A stretch of 54,291 nt of DNA, counting the filler, from Jimgerdemannia flammicorona (lineage: Eukaryota), in the NCBI GenBank assembly GCA_003990765.1. It is 3 parts of 3 records of this genome, joined end to end, with 100 filler letters (N's around TTAATTAATTAA, not from the genome) between each part and the next. Parts side by side here need not be neighbours in the genome. Positions count along the whole stretch, not along the records: positions 1 to 18,038 come from RBNJ01002323.1; 2 more parts are not named here. One strand, written 5' to 3'. A model generated the notes under the pieces. That model saw only the letters and a list, made by a program, of their open reading frames with translations. It did no database searches and was not told the origin of the DNA. This document shows, piece by piece, positions 1 to 12,079 of the stretch. Every line of letters starts with the position of its first letter. Within the stretch, counting starts at the first letter, position 1. A program made the position numbers and the translations under genes.

Positions 1-164
1 CCCCCCTCTCCAATAATAATAATAATAATAATAAAGCGCTCTCCCCACGTCTCAGCAAACATTACAGGCGACTATTCAGAGCACCAACACCAAGCATCCC
101 ACCAACCCGACCAAAGAACCAACTGCAATTCGGCCACCACGACTCACGCAAAATTCCACCGGAT

Positions 165-473
165 TCACACCCACCACACCTTCTCGAGCCTTCTGGTAGC
201 AGGGATCTCATGCTCCACCCATTCTGCCTTGCCGGCCAAAACATCTACGCAGGTCTTGCACGCCACCTTGTTTTTCTTGGCGCACCGGGATATGTGCTGG
301 TACACCTTGGGGACCACGTTCTCGCCCTCGAACAGCTCGTGGCAGGCGGGACACTGGGCCTTGGCCGGCATTGTCATTGTCATTGTCATTGTCATTTTTT
401 GGATGGACTGTTTGGACAGGCTGGAGGGGTTACGGCGGATGTGCGCACTGTCGATTGGTTGGACTGAGGGCAT
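165..473 (-). CDS. Small ORF with a C-x2-C...H-x3-C zinc-finger-like motif, function unknown
   Basis: Translation contains CPACHELFEGENVVPKVYQHISRC and then CKTC. CpG content is normal, and a (TTGTCA)n microsatellite encodes MTMTMT. It lies near the contig start. Confidence 0.3.
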   Translation of the reverse strand: MPSVQPIDSAHIRRNPSSLSKQSIQKMTMTMTMTMPAKAQCPACHELFEGENVVPKVYQHISRCAKKNKVACKTCVDVLAGKAEWVEHEIPATRRLEKVWWV

Positions 474-1381
474 GGGAGTCGGAATCTCGGTTCAATGTAG
501 TTGGGATGTAAAAGTGAACTGAGAGGGAGATCCATTTCTGCTCAAGTGATTGATATCAGCTTAAAGATATTACTGATGGACTCCCGAGTTTGCGGTTATC
601 GATCGCAACCTTACCGGTCGACGATGCGATGTGCGAATAGTCAGAACCAATCGCCAAGCGAGCACCCGCGGATCGGAGTCTTGAAAACGGCTCGGGAAAG
701 AACCTTCCGGCGAACGGACCAATGCACTACCAAGTGTACGACCGTTTCGAGCCACAGCTTGGAAATGTGTAACTTTATTCGGGCCTTGCTTGGTTAACAA
801 TAGTGCGCATTGTGGCTCAGATGCAGCCAAATCATTCGTCATGTTTTGCCACCCTCCCCCACTATCGAAGATTGTGGGTATGAACAGCGATGGTGTCATT
901 CGATAATCCATGTATATATATAAATTGAATCTTCGCCGAACACTAGTGAGATCAGCAATGCACCCTCGACGTGTCAACATCGACTTCACATTATCAGCCA
1001 TAGAACTCGCCCTCGGAACACCTCATGAAATTACTCGCCGCTGCCTAGCCTCGCACGTCAAATCTTCGCCATCGTCTCCCCTCTACCACACTACATCCTG
1101 ACGTCACTCCACTCAATCGCCCCTCCGATTCGCCATCGCGATCTGTACGGTATGCGCGCAGAGGTACATGAACGCCTTCGGCTCCGGCCCCGGCGCTGGG
1201 TGTAGGAGGAATGTGTTAGAGACGAGGAGGTACAAGCCGTTATGCGCGGGTGTGGCCATGATGTATGGGTGATGAGGGAGGTTCTGGGAAGTGCAGATGG
1301 TTGGGAGGTGTCGATTGCGGATCGTATATATATACTGTGTGATGGGACTTGTGAAATTCAATCACAAATAGTGCAGCACCA

Positions 1382-1656
1382 TTGTTGATTATATTTGCTT
1401 TGGAACTGCGCATCACGATGCGCGGGTTGGCTGTGTCGGCCAAATGGGGCGAGGTGATATGGGCTGAGATCATAGATGTGAGTGCGTGGAGGGGGATGGA
1501 GATGTACCTAAGCCCTTTTCGAGATAGGACGAAAGGGACGGAGAGGGTGAGCGCGGAGTTTGTGGAAGCAGTTATAAAGGGGTGCCCGATGCTAAGGAAG
1601 TTTCAAGTCAAGGGGAGACTTTTTAAGGAAAATGGTACGATGCCTTTCTATCTATC

Positions 1657-1660
<4 letters not shown>
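1382..1660 (+). pseudogene. Fragment of a possible F-box/RNI-like leucine-rich repeat gene
   Basis: AVIKGCPMLRKF resembles the xxCPxL motif of fungal RNI-like LRRs. The ORF ends at a long poly-A run (~1659-1702). A converging minus-strand fragment (1652-1918, LIDACSRIEFLYL) has a similar LRR-like motif. Confidence 0.3.
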
Positions 1661-1705
<45 letters not shown>

Positions 1706-2235
1706 GGCAGAATAGCATAACTTTGTGGAAGTCCCTACATTTATGAAAAAGACAGAATGCCCCGACAGATCATAATTTTGTTCGGTTACGAATCCTGCGC
1801 CAAGAAGACGTGAATGTACCACGCAAAGATACAAAAACTCGATCCGCGAGCACGCGTCGATGAGCCGACACAACGCGGTTTCCTGGGTGGACGTCTGGCC
1901 CATCCCCATTATCCGCATGAAGAGGTCGTCGACAAAGATGAGCGAGATGGAGATCAGATTCGGGCAGAATTGAGTCAGGGCGCGAACGATCCCGCTGGGG
2001 GTGAGAGCAGAGCAGTGGTATAGTCGGACGCGTGCAGGTACTCCACCAGCTGGTCCTCCAAGGTGGGGCCGGGGTCCTGTAGCGAGGGGGGCGTGGCGAA
2101 CGGGGTAACTTCGGAGTGTTGGTAGCAGCGCGATATTGGATAATTCGAGGCGTTGGATGGTGGGGGGAAGGATCGGAAGGTGGGGGTTCCACCAATGATA
2201 AGGGTTGTGTATTTTGATTTATGAGATTCTGCATA

Positions 2236-3404
2236 CTTTTATTTATATATAAAGTAGGAGGAAGACCAGAGATATTATAATCTGGAAGATTGAGAGGTTC
2301 AGGGGGGCTGTGAGAAATATAGATGCTATATTTTTGGCTATTGGTTATATAGTTCAGAGAAGGCCTTCTACCATTCTTAGTAATATTAGAATAGCAAGCT
2401 TTCTGTAACTGCTGAGGATATATATGATAAATTGATCAAAAATTATAATGGTTTTAGTTTCTTTAAGATGAAGCAGCTAAATCAGGAAAGTTCTAGTAGG
2501 CCTAAAGTAGCTCAAAGAGATATTTATAGATTTAAGTAGTCTTGAAGAGTAGAGAAAAGAGAACATTTATATATATAAGATCTGAAAGAAAGATTCAGAA
2601 GGATCTTAGAAATGAAAAAAAAAAAAAATTCTCTAAAAAAGAGATTCTCAGTAAAAATGACTAATAAGATTTTTAAGTACTTAGAAGATATTGAAATATT
2701 GTAAAATATTTAAGAAAGGACAGAAAAAACTAGAGAAAATATATAAAAATATACTTTTTAATATTTTTTCTAAGATAGTTTCTGGGTCAGATCAGATTTT
2801 GAATTAGATTATAGATTAGATCTTAGATTGGGTTCAAAGATAGATCAGGTTCAAAGATAGATTGACTATTTTTTGAGTTAGATATACTATAGATTCAGCT
2901 ATTATTCAGATTTTGTAAATATCTAAATTGGTTATTTTTCAGATTTTATAAATTTTTGAATCAGCTCAATTATATATAGGTCAGGTCAGGTTACAGAACT
3001 CTATGTATGATCCATATCACTAGCTTAATATATATGACACATAATACAAGTCTAGCATACATGACTCATATGTAATATCAGCTCTTGATCCATATAGCCT
3101 GCATCATTAGCTGGCTTACTCTATCTTTTTATCCATGTAACTCACTGTTCCGGCCAGTTCTCCTCACATCCTATACTGTTCCCTCTCTTCCATTTGGGCA
3201 TATTCCTCTCCATTTTATCAACTCTTCTCACTTCATCACACACACACACATTCTATTATTTGGGCTGGTTTCACTGCCTCTTTTTCTCATTTATTTTCCC
3301 AAATATATATATATATTGACTACAACAATCCTTTCATGCACTTTTGTATGTGTTTATATAGTTGGAGAACTTAGTATGGTATAGTATAAGTTTTGAACAT
3401 TACA
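2236..3404 (-). mobile_element. AT-rich degraded LTR-like relic related to the family D LTR
   Basis: 2490-2620 (ttctagtaggcctaaagtagctcaaaga...tctgaaagaaagattcagaaggatctt) matches 51599-51745. It ends in TTACA at 3404 (TGTAA on the minus strand) and is CpG-free. The left boundary is approximate. Confidence 0.5.
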
Positions 3405-3679
3405 GCCATATGTTTATATATTGAGTATAGAAGAGCCATCTGGCTAGTTACCGATCACCGACTTCATAAAACGAACATGCACTGAATCGTCTTTAGGGCC
3501 CATAACGCTGTTTCACTGCATACCGCATATCCGACCAATCTGTCAATTGGCTATTCAGTGGCATATTGAGCTCTGCAAATCCCTACGCCACAATGTATTA
3601 AAATTCATTTATTTTAAACTCGTAATACTACTAAAGTTTCTGCTCATTTATATTTTTAGTTTTTATTTTTATTTTTTAG

Positions 3680-4075
3680 TTTGTCTTTCAATAGAGGTTT
3701 TAATGTGAATTGCCCTCTTAATCCACCCTTCCGCTGACCCCTCCTCGATCAAAGCATCCCTCCATCGGACCTTGATATCTTATTCATAGATGGGATTTTT
3801 CCCAGTATATTCAAAGTTCAAGAAAAGCCGGCTTGTTCAATCTCAAGCCTGGCCTCTCCTCAAGAATGTGTCGAGCAGCCTGAGGACCTCAATGATTCTC
3901 CGGATCTCCTTGCGACCATTCAGGTATTACTCTACTAACTCCAATGAAATATGGTTAATGTCGATCGCCTCGACGAACTTGGGGTAATGGTCGATGCAAA
4001 CCTGGAATGCATCGACATCGTTTTTCCGGATCGTGACGTAGACAATTGGCTGGTACTCTGGGAAGACACGACTAT
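3680..4075 (-). pseudogene. Degraded coding fragment, family unknown
   Basis: The minus frame reads HSRVFPEYQPIVYVTIRKNDVDAFQVCIDHYPKFVEAID...KVRWRDALIEEGSAEGWIKRA, with several TAA/TGA stops. Confidence 0.3.
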
Positions 4076-5141
4076 GGGGCTAACTAGGCTATTATTCAGT
4101 CTGCTCAGAAACGTTAATTGAGTTCAGTAATTTGGAGTAAACGAATTGAATAAAATAAATTCCGTTGAATCAAGCGAACTGATTAAACATGGTTTAACAA
4201 ACTCAATTAACTCGGTTTAAAATGAACTAAATCAATAAATTGGATTGAGCTAGATGAGTTTACTAAACTGAATGAGGTTAACTAATAGACTTCACTGAAT
4301 CAGGTCAGTTAAGTGAATTGGATTCTATAAATTGGATTGATAAACTAAGTTTATATTGTAGATCATAATGGCGAAGAGCGACACTTTATTGATAATACAC
4401 ATAATGCGCTTTTACGCATTGTGATTGCTACTGTCCAACTACTCGATAACCCTCCCCTTGACCACGGGCTTGACACTAGTCTTTTCCTTCCTCCATTTAC
4501 CTTCTCTCCTTCCTCCTCCTTCAATTTTCTCTCTTTAACTTGGCTACCACCGTCTCGCACCTTTAAACTTCGCATCCTTTACACCCTCTCCAACTATAAG
4601 CCCATGTACACCTCTCAGACAACGTGGCCATCCCTTCATCGAATGCAATGTACACGTCGTGTATCCTGCCCTTGGTCGTAGTATACGTCGCGAGCAAATA
4701 TGACTTATAGTGATTACATACTGAGACCCTCATAAACGTATACGTCACAACTATCACTTCCCTAGAATAGACAGGTTTCGTCCTTGCTTAAGGGGCTCAT
4801 CAGTTGGCAATAAAAGCAGCAAAGACCGGTATGCCAATTGCAAGCAGCTACGTGAGATCAACATCGGCATAGAGTGCAATCATGAATGAGGAGTGCATTC
4901 GATCAACTGCGTCTGTCAGTTCTGAACACCTGTATTGATTACCAAGGGTTGGCGACTTAATGTTTTCTCTTCGAGCTACCCGAAGGCTCCAACTACGCTG
5001 TGTGGCGGGAGGCCATGGTGAAGGTTCAAGTAGTAAACGCCACACTAGATTTAAAAAGAAAACTGTCACGATAGAAAAACTGTTAGAGGTATTGGTGGCT
5101 GAAATATTACAATTGTGACCCGAACGATTCAGCATTTCGCA

Positions 5142-6357
5142 ATGCTCAAATCCTCTCTTCGTCTCCCCAAAGGTCCGGTGTCTGCCGACAGGTAAGTGCG
5201 CATTACGAAACTTGCTTTACTATGACTGTCCAGTGTTTTATGGGTGTGCATTACAGGTTGCCTCTAAAAATCGGAGTAAACGTGTCGGTGGAGCGATACA
5301 ATACTTTCGTTGTTCTTCGCGAGGCTCCCGGATTTAAGTTCAAACTGAACACCGACGGTGACGTATATATCATTGACATGGCTCATTCCGAGCACGAAGC
5401 CGTCGTCTCACTCCTACAAGCTTTATTCCGAGTCGCTAACGGCGGCGTTCTTAGGAATTCTCCAATTCGTGTCTGGGGACAACCTTGTAAGAGAATTCCC
5501 TGCAATCTGTTTGAACCCTTGACTGCTATATGATTTTCAAACATTCTTAATCCTTCCCTTAGATCATAGTGCACCTGGTGGACTTCTTGTCGCTCCGGAC
5601 GTCGCTGTCTCACCAAACAACGTTCTTGCTCAAGCCCCTGTTTTGCCCTATCCCGGACCTCCCCCCGGCAATACTGAGGTATTTTAAATTTTTGTTCTGT
5701 ATTGCCACCTTTGTTTTGAAAGCGATATCCAATATTTGTTTTTGTAGAACTATCCGTACGCGCGGATAGTTTGCGAGGTTGGGTTACATCAATCCACGCA
5801 AGACTGGGAGTTCAAATGTCAAAATTGGTTGCAAGAGCCTTATGTTCGCTATGTATTTGGGGTCAAAATCCATGAGAAGAGGAACTCTCGAAACCCGAAT
5901 GGCCAATATCATCGGTCGATGACGGTAAGTCTTAAACGGATATTTTCTTGCTGTATATTTAGAATATCCTAAAAACATTTTTTGAAAATTAGGCCCGACT
6001 CTGGCGGCAGGGAGCGCCAGCGCCCGGCTACACTCAGGTGAAGCTAAATTTCTATAGTATCAATTAAATACGATTGAATTCCAGAGGCTTACTTGCATTT
6101 TTTTCAAAACTTCATAGTGGGACTTTGGCACGCTGGCAAAGCATTCGCATATTCCCACTGGGTGTAATGCTATGGGTCTCCCTGAATTCCAAATCCAGAT
6201 CCCAACGAATGAGATTTTCTGGGATCCACCGATCGTTGCGGGTGTTCCCAACGTACTCGGATATGTCGCGCTCGCTCCACCAGCTTTTCCCCCCAATATC
6301 AACATAGATCTCTATTGTATTCAGCAGGAAATATTAACAACTCAGAATAATGGTTGA
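5142..6357 (+). CDS. Intact 6-exon gene, 285 aa, Uma2/DUF820-like PD-(D/E)XK restriction-endonuclease-fold protein
   Basis: Exons 5142-5191, 5257-5486, 5563-5678, 5748-5924, 5993-6037 and 6118-6357, with GT-AG introns of 65-80 nt, join into an open 858-nt frame. Motifs HSEHE, APDVAV, IVCEVG and QSTQDWEFKCQNW fit the Uma2 pattern (H...PD...EV..S...K). Confidence 0.8.
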
Positions 6358-6644
6358 CGCTTTTTTCATGATACGTCTGTAGAACCCTGGTTGATCTTGT
6401 GCTGGCTGTAAACTTTTGCGCGCGGCCCATTTTTTTTACGTTTGAGGGAGCATATTCATACGTGCATATACATTTGTTTTTTGTTGTCGAGAATAAAGAC
6501 TGCTAATGTGATTTTTCAGTTAACATAGCTATAATGATCTGTGGATTTAAGCAAAAGGTAAAATAAATACAAACAGAGAAGAGCAAGGAGTGTATCTCAA
6601 CTGCTTCTATATCAGGTCTCTGCCACCTCTACAATAATGCTTTT

Positions 6645-7370
6645 CATACTATAAATCACTATCTAGGAAGAACTAATGCTAATATGAATATACTCTTACA
6701 GATACTTCAAAGGATTAATATCTAGTAAAGATAATAAATAAGGAGTTTTACTATAGAATCATCATCTATCTGAGATAGTATGTATGAGATGTTCTAATAT
6801 TTAGAAGAATAGGCCTAAATAATCATTAACAGAATATAAAAAAAAAAAAATGAAACTAATAGAGAAATGTTTAAGAAAGAAAAGCTACTAGTTATATATA
6901 TCTGAATATAAAAGAAATAAGTAATGAAATAAGTATATAGACTTAATTATCTAGAAGAAATAAATATCTATAATAAAGCTAAGAGAATAATATAGTGGTC
7001 AGAAATAGAGAAAGATATTCAAAAATTTATCAAGATCTAAAATAAATATTAGAAGCAGAAATAAGATTAATAGAATTAAGACTAATCTTATTTACTTATA
7101 TTATAATATATATAATTAACTCTTTACTTATAATATTAACTAATAATTAATATATTATTATCATTATAGATTTTTTCACAAAATAGTAAAAGCAGAACTT
7201 AAAAAAAATGTCAATTGTTGATTTTCTATATAGAGAAATATATATTAGATTAAAAAAAAAAAAAAAAACTAAAGATTATATAACTAAGATATAGATATTA
7301 TAAAGAAATAATATAGAAATAATTTATAAGTTTTTAGAGATTATTAAGATAGAAGTTAAAGCTCTAATAT
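6645..7370 (+). mobile_element. Heavily mutated Ty3/Gypsy RNase H end and integrase relic (family A-related, 'A2')
   Basis: A decayed match to HYPGxTNxNADALSR at ~6655 and to the family A integrase zinc-binding region. It is also homologous to the reverse complement of 29400-29900. Confidence 0.6.
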
Positions 7371-7399
7371 ATTAAAATATAGTAGAAGCTTTATATAAT

Positions 7400-9123
7400 A
7401 AATTATTACATATCTATAAGCCACCAGAATTTTTAATAAAATTTCTGACTAGTAGTTATAGATACTAAATATAGTATAACTATATATAGATATATCTAGT
7501 ATACTATATTTAGTTATAGCTTTGAATCTGTATAAATACTTTCTATACTAAGTATATTATAATCTTAGCTCTACTTTCTCTAATTATAAAAATAAAGTAA
7601 TATTCTTATTACAAAACTCTTAGATCTGACTTATTAATAATTCTGAGCCTAATTAACTTGATATATAAGTACAGTACTTTCATCAGGATAAGAATCTGAA
7701 AGTAATACTTAGATTATACTATTATAATAGATAATTAGAACTCAGTGCTTTCTTATAAGAACTCAGAACTTAGAGCTAATAGTTAATTCTAATTATCTGT
7801 AATATATTAATTTTATTAGTATATAGTTTTATTATAATTTAGTAGGAGCAGAAGTTACTCACTTATTTCTCAGTCAATATTATCAATATTATTAGTGATA
7901 ACTAAAGAATATCTTCACTCTGACTACTCTTTAGAATTAAGCTAAAAAAGTCAATAAAATTATCACTAAGTAAACTAAGATCTATATCAACTAAGAGAAA
8001 TTTGACAGACTTAATAATGAAACTATTCAAGAAGTATTTAATATATTTATTATACTCAACAAAGAAGTTGTCTATACTCAAGAAATCAGAAAAGAATTTA
8101 AAAGATTAATTAGTAATTACTTCTATAAGAAATATATAAGAGAATCTATCAAAGCTATAAGTAAATATTTTCTGAATCTTCTTCTCAATAATTACTATTA
8201 TAAAGCTAAGATCTTTCTAAACTATAAGAAATATTATACTAACTAAAGAAAATCTTACCTCTACTACTGAGTTCTTTATATATAAATAAAGATAATTTAA
8301 CAATAAGAATTACAAATAGCTAGATTTAGTAAAGTCTCTACTATATTATCTTGATCTAGAAAAATAGTTAAAGAAATACCTGAATTGCTATATATCCACT
8401 ATTAAGAATATTAAGTTTATCAAAATTACTATAGAAGATTTAATAATAACTTCATCAAAACTACTAACTTATAAACTAATTATTAAGTTTTCCCACTTTG
8501 ATAATATTATAGAAAAAATAACTATATATTATACTATCCCTGAAATAATAGTATCTGAAGGAAGACTACTACTATTCTACTATATAAGTGATGAGAATAG
8601 TAGAATGACATTAGCAGATAAAAAAATAGTAGCTCTAGCTAATTAAGTAGTTATACTTATTCAAGTTCTCTATTTTAGTATTAAAACAAACAAACTTATA
8701 AAAGATCTCTAACTTATACTATTTGAAGATAAAGCAGACTAAGTAATAATATTTATAGAATAAGTTAATATTAATTATTATACCAATAGATAAAATAACA
8801 ATCAAAACTCAGATAGTACTCTTAATAATAATAAGTACTATAAGATTAAAGATTAATATATATATATAACTATAAGCTCACAAGTAGAGAAAGTCACTAC
8901 TCATTCTATAGATATAGCTACTCAGTAGTGATATAATCTTTTAATATATTATCTTATCTGAGAAACCTATACTAAAATTAATATAAGTAAAGAAAGGAAG
9001 AGCATAATATATAGAATAAGATATAGACTAATTTTCTCTACTATACTTAGTATAGTAAAGCTACTAGATATATAGCTAGTCTAGGATAAAAAGATGTAAT
9101 ATTCAGAAGAGAGAGAGAGAGAG
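7400..9123 (+). mobile_element. Extremely AT-rich relic, probably an LTR remnant plus gag of another element, ending in a polypurine tract
   Basis: TATAAATA at ~7532, gag-like decayed frame at ~8640-8830, and the purine run gaagagagagagagagag at ~9106-9123. Confidence 0.3.
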
Positions 9124-9364
9124 TATAAGTTCACAACTTCCAAGCCATATATATTACCTCTGAACAAATTGAGAAATCACCTACAAGATCATGAAGCTAA
9201 GTTAAACTGAAGTTACAGCATACAAAGCTGAGTCAACTCAAAGTTATAGAATATAAAATTTATACAAACAGAATCTTACTAATCAAGACCAAATATATAT
9301 ACTAAGTATTTAGATGTGTTGAAATAGAGAACTATAAATAACCCTAACTCTCATATATATAAAT

Positions 9365-10444
9365 ATGATCACTGAGATCTACAACTATATCTGTACTGAT
9401 ATTTGAAATACTATTATCAATTAAGCCATACTCTCTCTGTCCCTCATAAATATTCATAGTCTAGTACTCTTCTACATACTTTGTAGAAGTTTGATGGAAT
9501 ACCCTGAATATACTTAGTGAGACTTACTAAATCAGACAAATCTCAAGCTACTATCAGATCAGCTATCTTCTGAAAAATATAGTTAAACACTATTATGATA
9601 TGGATATTACTCAAATATCTCAATACCAGAAACTCATCATATATAAATACTGAGAACTCTTTTATGAGTACAGTTTCTTTATTCCTTATCTCTAAGTTAC
9701 TACTGCTATGACCAAATTAATGATATAGTATAAGAACTCAATCACAAGTATATCAAGTATGTTCAAACTACAAACAGAACCTTTCTATACTCTGATAGCT
9801 ATATTTTACAAATACCTCAAGTTGGATATATTATGAAGGACATCTATAATATAATCTAGTTTGATAATGATAAAGCAGAAAATAATAATCTCTTTGATAC
9901 TGACATGACCTCAAGCCAAGGATCTCTGTCAACCTTGATCACTCTACCAACCTTACTAATAAATTTACAACAGTTTATAACCACCTATGAGACCTATTGA
10001 GACAATGATCACTAGTATGAGTACTAACTCACATTTATTCCTGACTACTTCAACTATAATGAAGAGACTAGAGAACACAACCTATATCTCAAGACAACTC
10101 TTGAGATTGAACTGACCACTCTATCTCCTGAGTATGAGTGATATAAAGCATAGCTACTAGCTTACTACAACTCAGTAATACATAGTACCATCATTCATAG
10201 AAAGTATATAGTCAGTAAATCTGATGAAAGTAAAGATGATATATCTCTCCTTTATCTACTAACTTTATACCCAGCATACAAGACAGATAATGCTATCCTG
10301 TTGAATAGTGATGAGGTCCCAATGTATTATTATCTTAGTAAATAGAGAGAAGTAATCTGAGAACTACTCTTCCTAGATAATTACTTCATCAGAGATGAGA
10401 TCATTGATAGTAATGTTATTGAAGACTATTCAGATAGTATCTAA
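9365..10444 (+). pseudogene. Decayed copy of the family B LTR-encoded ORF
   Basis: Colinear with the reverse complement of 12766-13863. It is 1080 nt from ATG to TAA, with many C-to-T and G-to-A stops. Confidence 0.8.
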
Positions 10445-11061
10445 ATCTATAGATAGCTCAGCAGTCATTAGTATAGTTAGATTAGCCTTATACTATATAA
10501 CTATATTCCAACTCAGCAAGGTACTAAGTACTATATCCATATTTAGGCTAGTCCAGATAGTCTTCTATTAGTATAAATACTCTCTCCCCCAGACCTCAGA
10601 ATCTCAGACCCAAACAGATAAGAACAATCCTGAATACTTCTCCACAATATTCCTTCACACAATTACTTCTAATATAGCAATATCATGAATAGCAAATAAA
10701 TCTATTTAATAACCCACAAACTACTCTTAAGTAAATCTAAACCCCATTAAGTCTCACTCCTAACCATATTATGAAATTTCATAATTGGGTATTGTCTGCA
10801 GCAATATGCCAATTCAACTAAGCTGGTCTTAGTTTCTTCAACTTTCTGAAATATGGAAAATCCTGAACATCCAGAACTAGTCTAAAAAAGAACTTTGGTT
10901 GAGACATCAACTCAGTCTTGAAATCAATAAGTATAGAGAATATACTCTATATAAAATTGATCTTAATCTAAAGAAAATAGTTTTCCAGAATATCTAAGAC
11001 TTCCAGAAAACTCTTCCAGAACTATATAATGATTATCTTAATAAGTAACTCTCTTATAACT

Positions 11062-11073
11062 TGGTAGCAGTAG
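11062..11073 (+). promoter_or_regulatory. Primer-binding site of family B, initiator tRNA-Met type
   Basis: TGGTAGCAG begins 3 nt after the LTR end and is complementary to the CUGCUACCA 3' end found in many eukaryotic tRNA-iMet. Confidence 0.7.
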
Positions 11074-12079
11074 TTTATAATCTAATTCTGCTTCAAGATA
11101 CTTCTTCACTCTATTATAAAATCTCTATGAGAATTTCTACAAATTAATATAAAGCCCAACCTATAAACTATGAACTATCTGACAATCTGGAGAGAATTGA
11201 ATCTAATATATAAGGACAATTTGACCTCTATACCTACAATAAGTAGAACAGACTTTATCTATAAAAAGAAGTACTCTAATTAAATCAGCAAATAAGTAAA
11301 ACTCTTTATATCAAACTTCTTGCTCTACACCCTACAAGTCAAGATGAAGAAGGTCTTATAGAAGCCTTCTTTACTTTTCTCAACAAGAGTTTTATCAGCT
11401 TTACAAATCTGAGCAATCTAGAATAACTAGCAGTTATTTTTCTAGCCTTAGTTCCTTATAAAGCCCAAGTCTCTGTAGCTAAGTGGCTCAACTCTACTGA
11501 CTTTTACTATACAAGAACCAAGACTACCTTATACTACTACTTCTAGAATTATAAGGCCTGCTATATTCTTAAGGAAGAAGTAAGAAAAACTCTTTATCAA
11601 TAACCTGACCCTGAACCAGAAGTAGGTCCAGCTACTACCTTATCTAAAACTAAGACCAATACTGAATCAGAATCTGACTTTGAATTAAGTCTATCTGAAA
11701 TCTGATATATAACTAATTCTATCTACTTCAATGCTGAGCAAATCTAACTATACAGAGATCAAAGTCAAGAGGAGGATGAGTATCTCAGTAAATTTAATAT
11801 CAGAGATACCACTAAAGAAAAAGTATCTCTATCAGAACAAAACACACTTATATAGCAATAGACAGCTATCTATCAAGCCCTTACTCCAGATCTACAACTA
11901 TTACTCCAGCAACTTATACAGACTTAAAGAACACTATCACACTCTATACTAGTATCTCAAGTTATCTCAGTAACACCACTACCAGTAGTCTAACTACCTC
12001 CAGTAAACAATATAGCAAATCAACAGATTCTAGACCTCAGAGCTCAGATAGCCATAATGGTAGCAACCATTACTATCTT

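Noticed and set aside
570..1001. 143-aa minus-strand ORF
   Set aside because: No recognisable motif or splice structure, and it overlaps equally uninformative ORFs on the other strand.
4090..4345. AT-rich stretch with recurring TAAAC/TGAAT words
   Set aside because: I could not define a consistent period, terminal inverted repeat or TSD.
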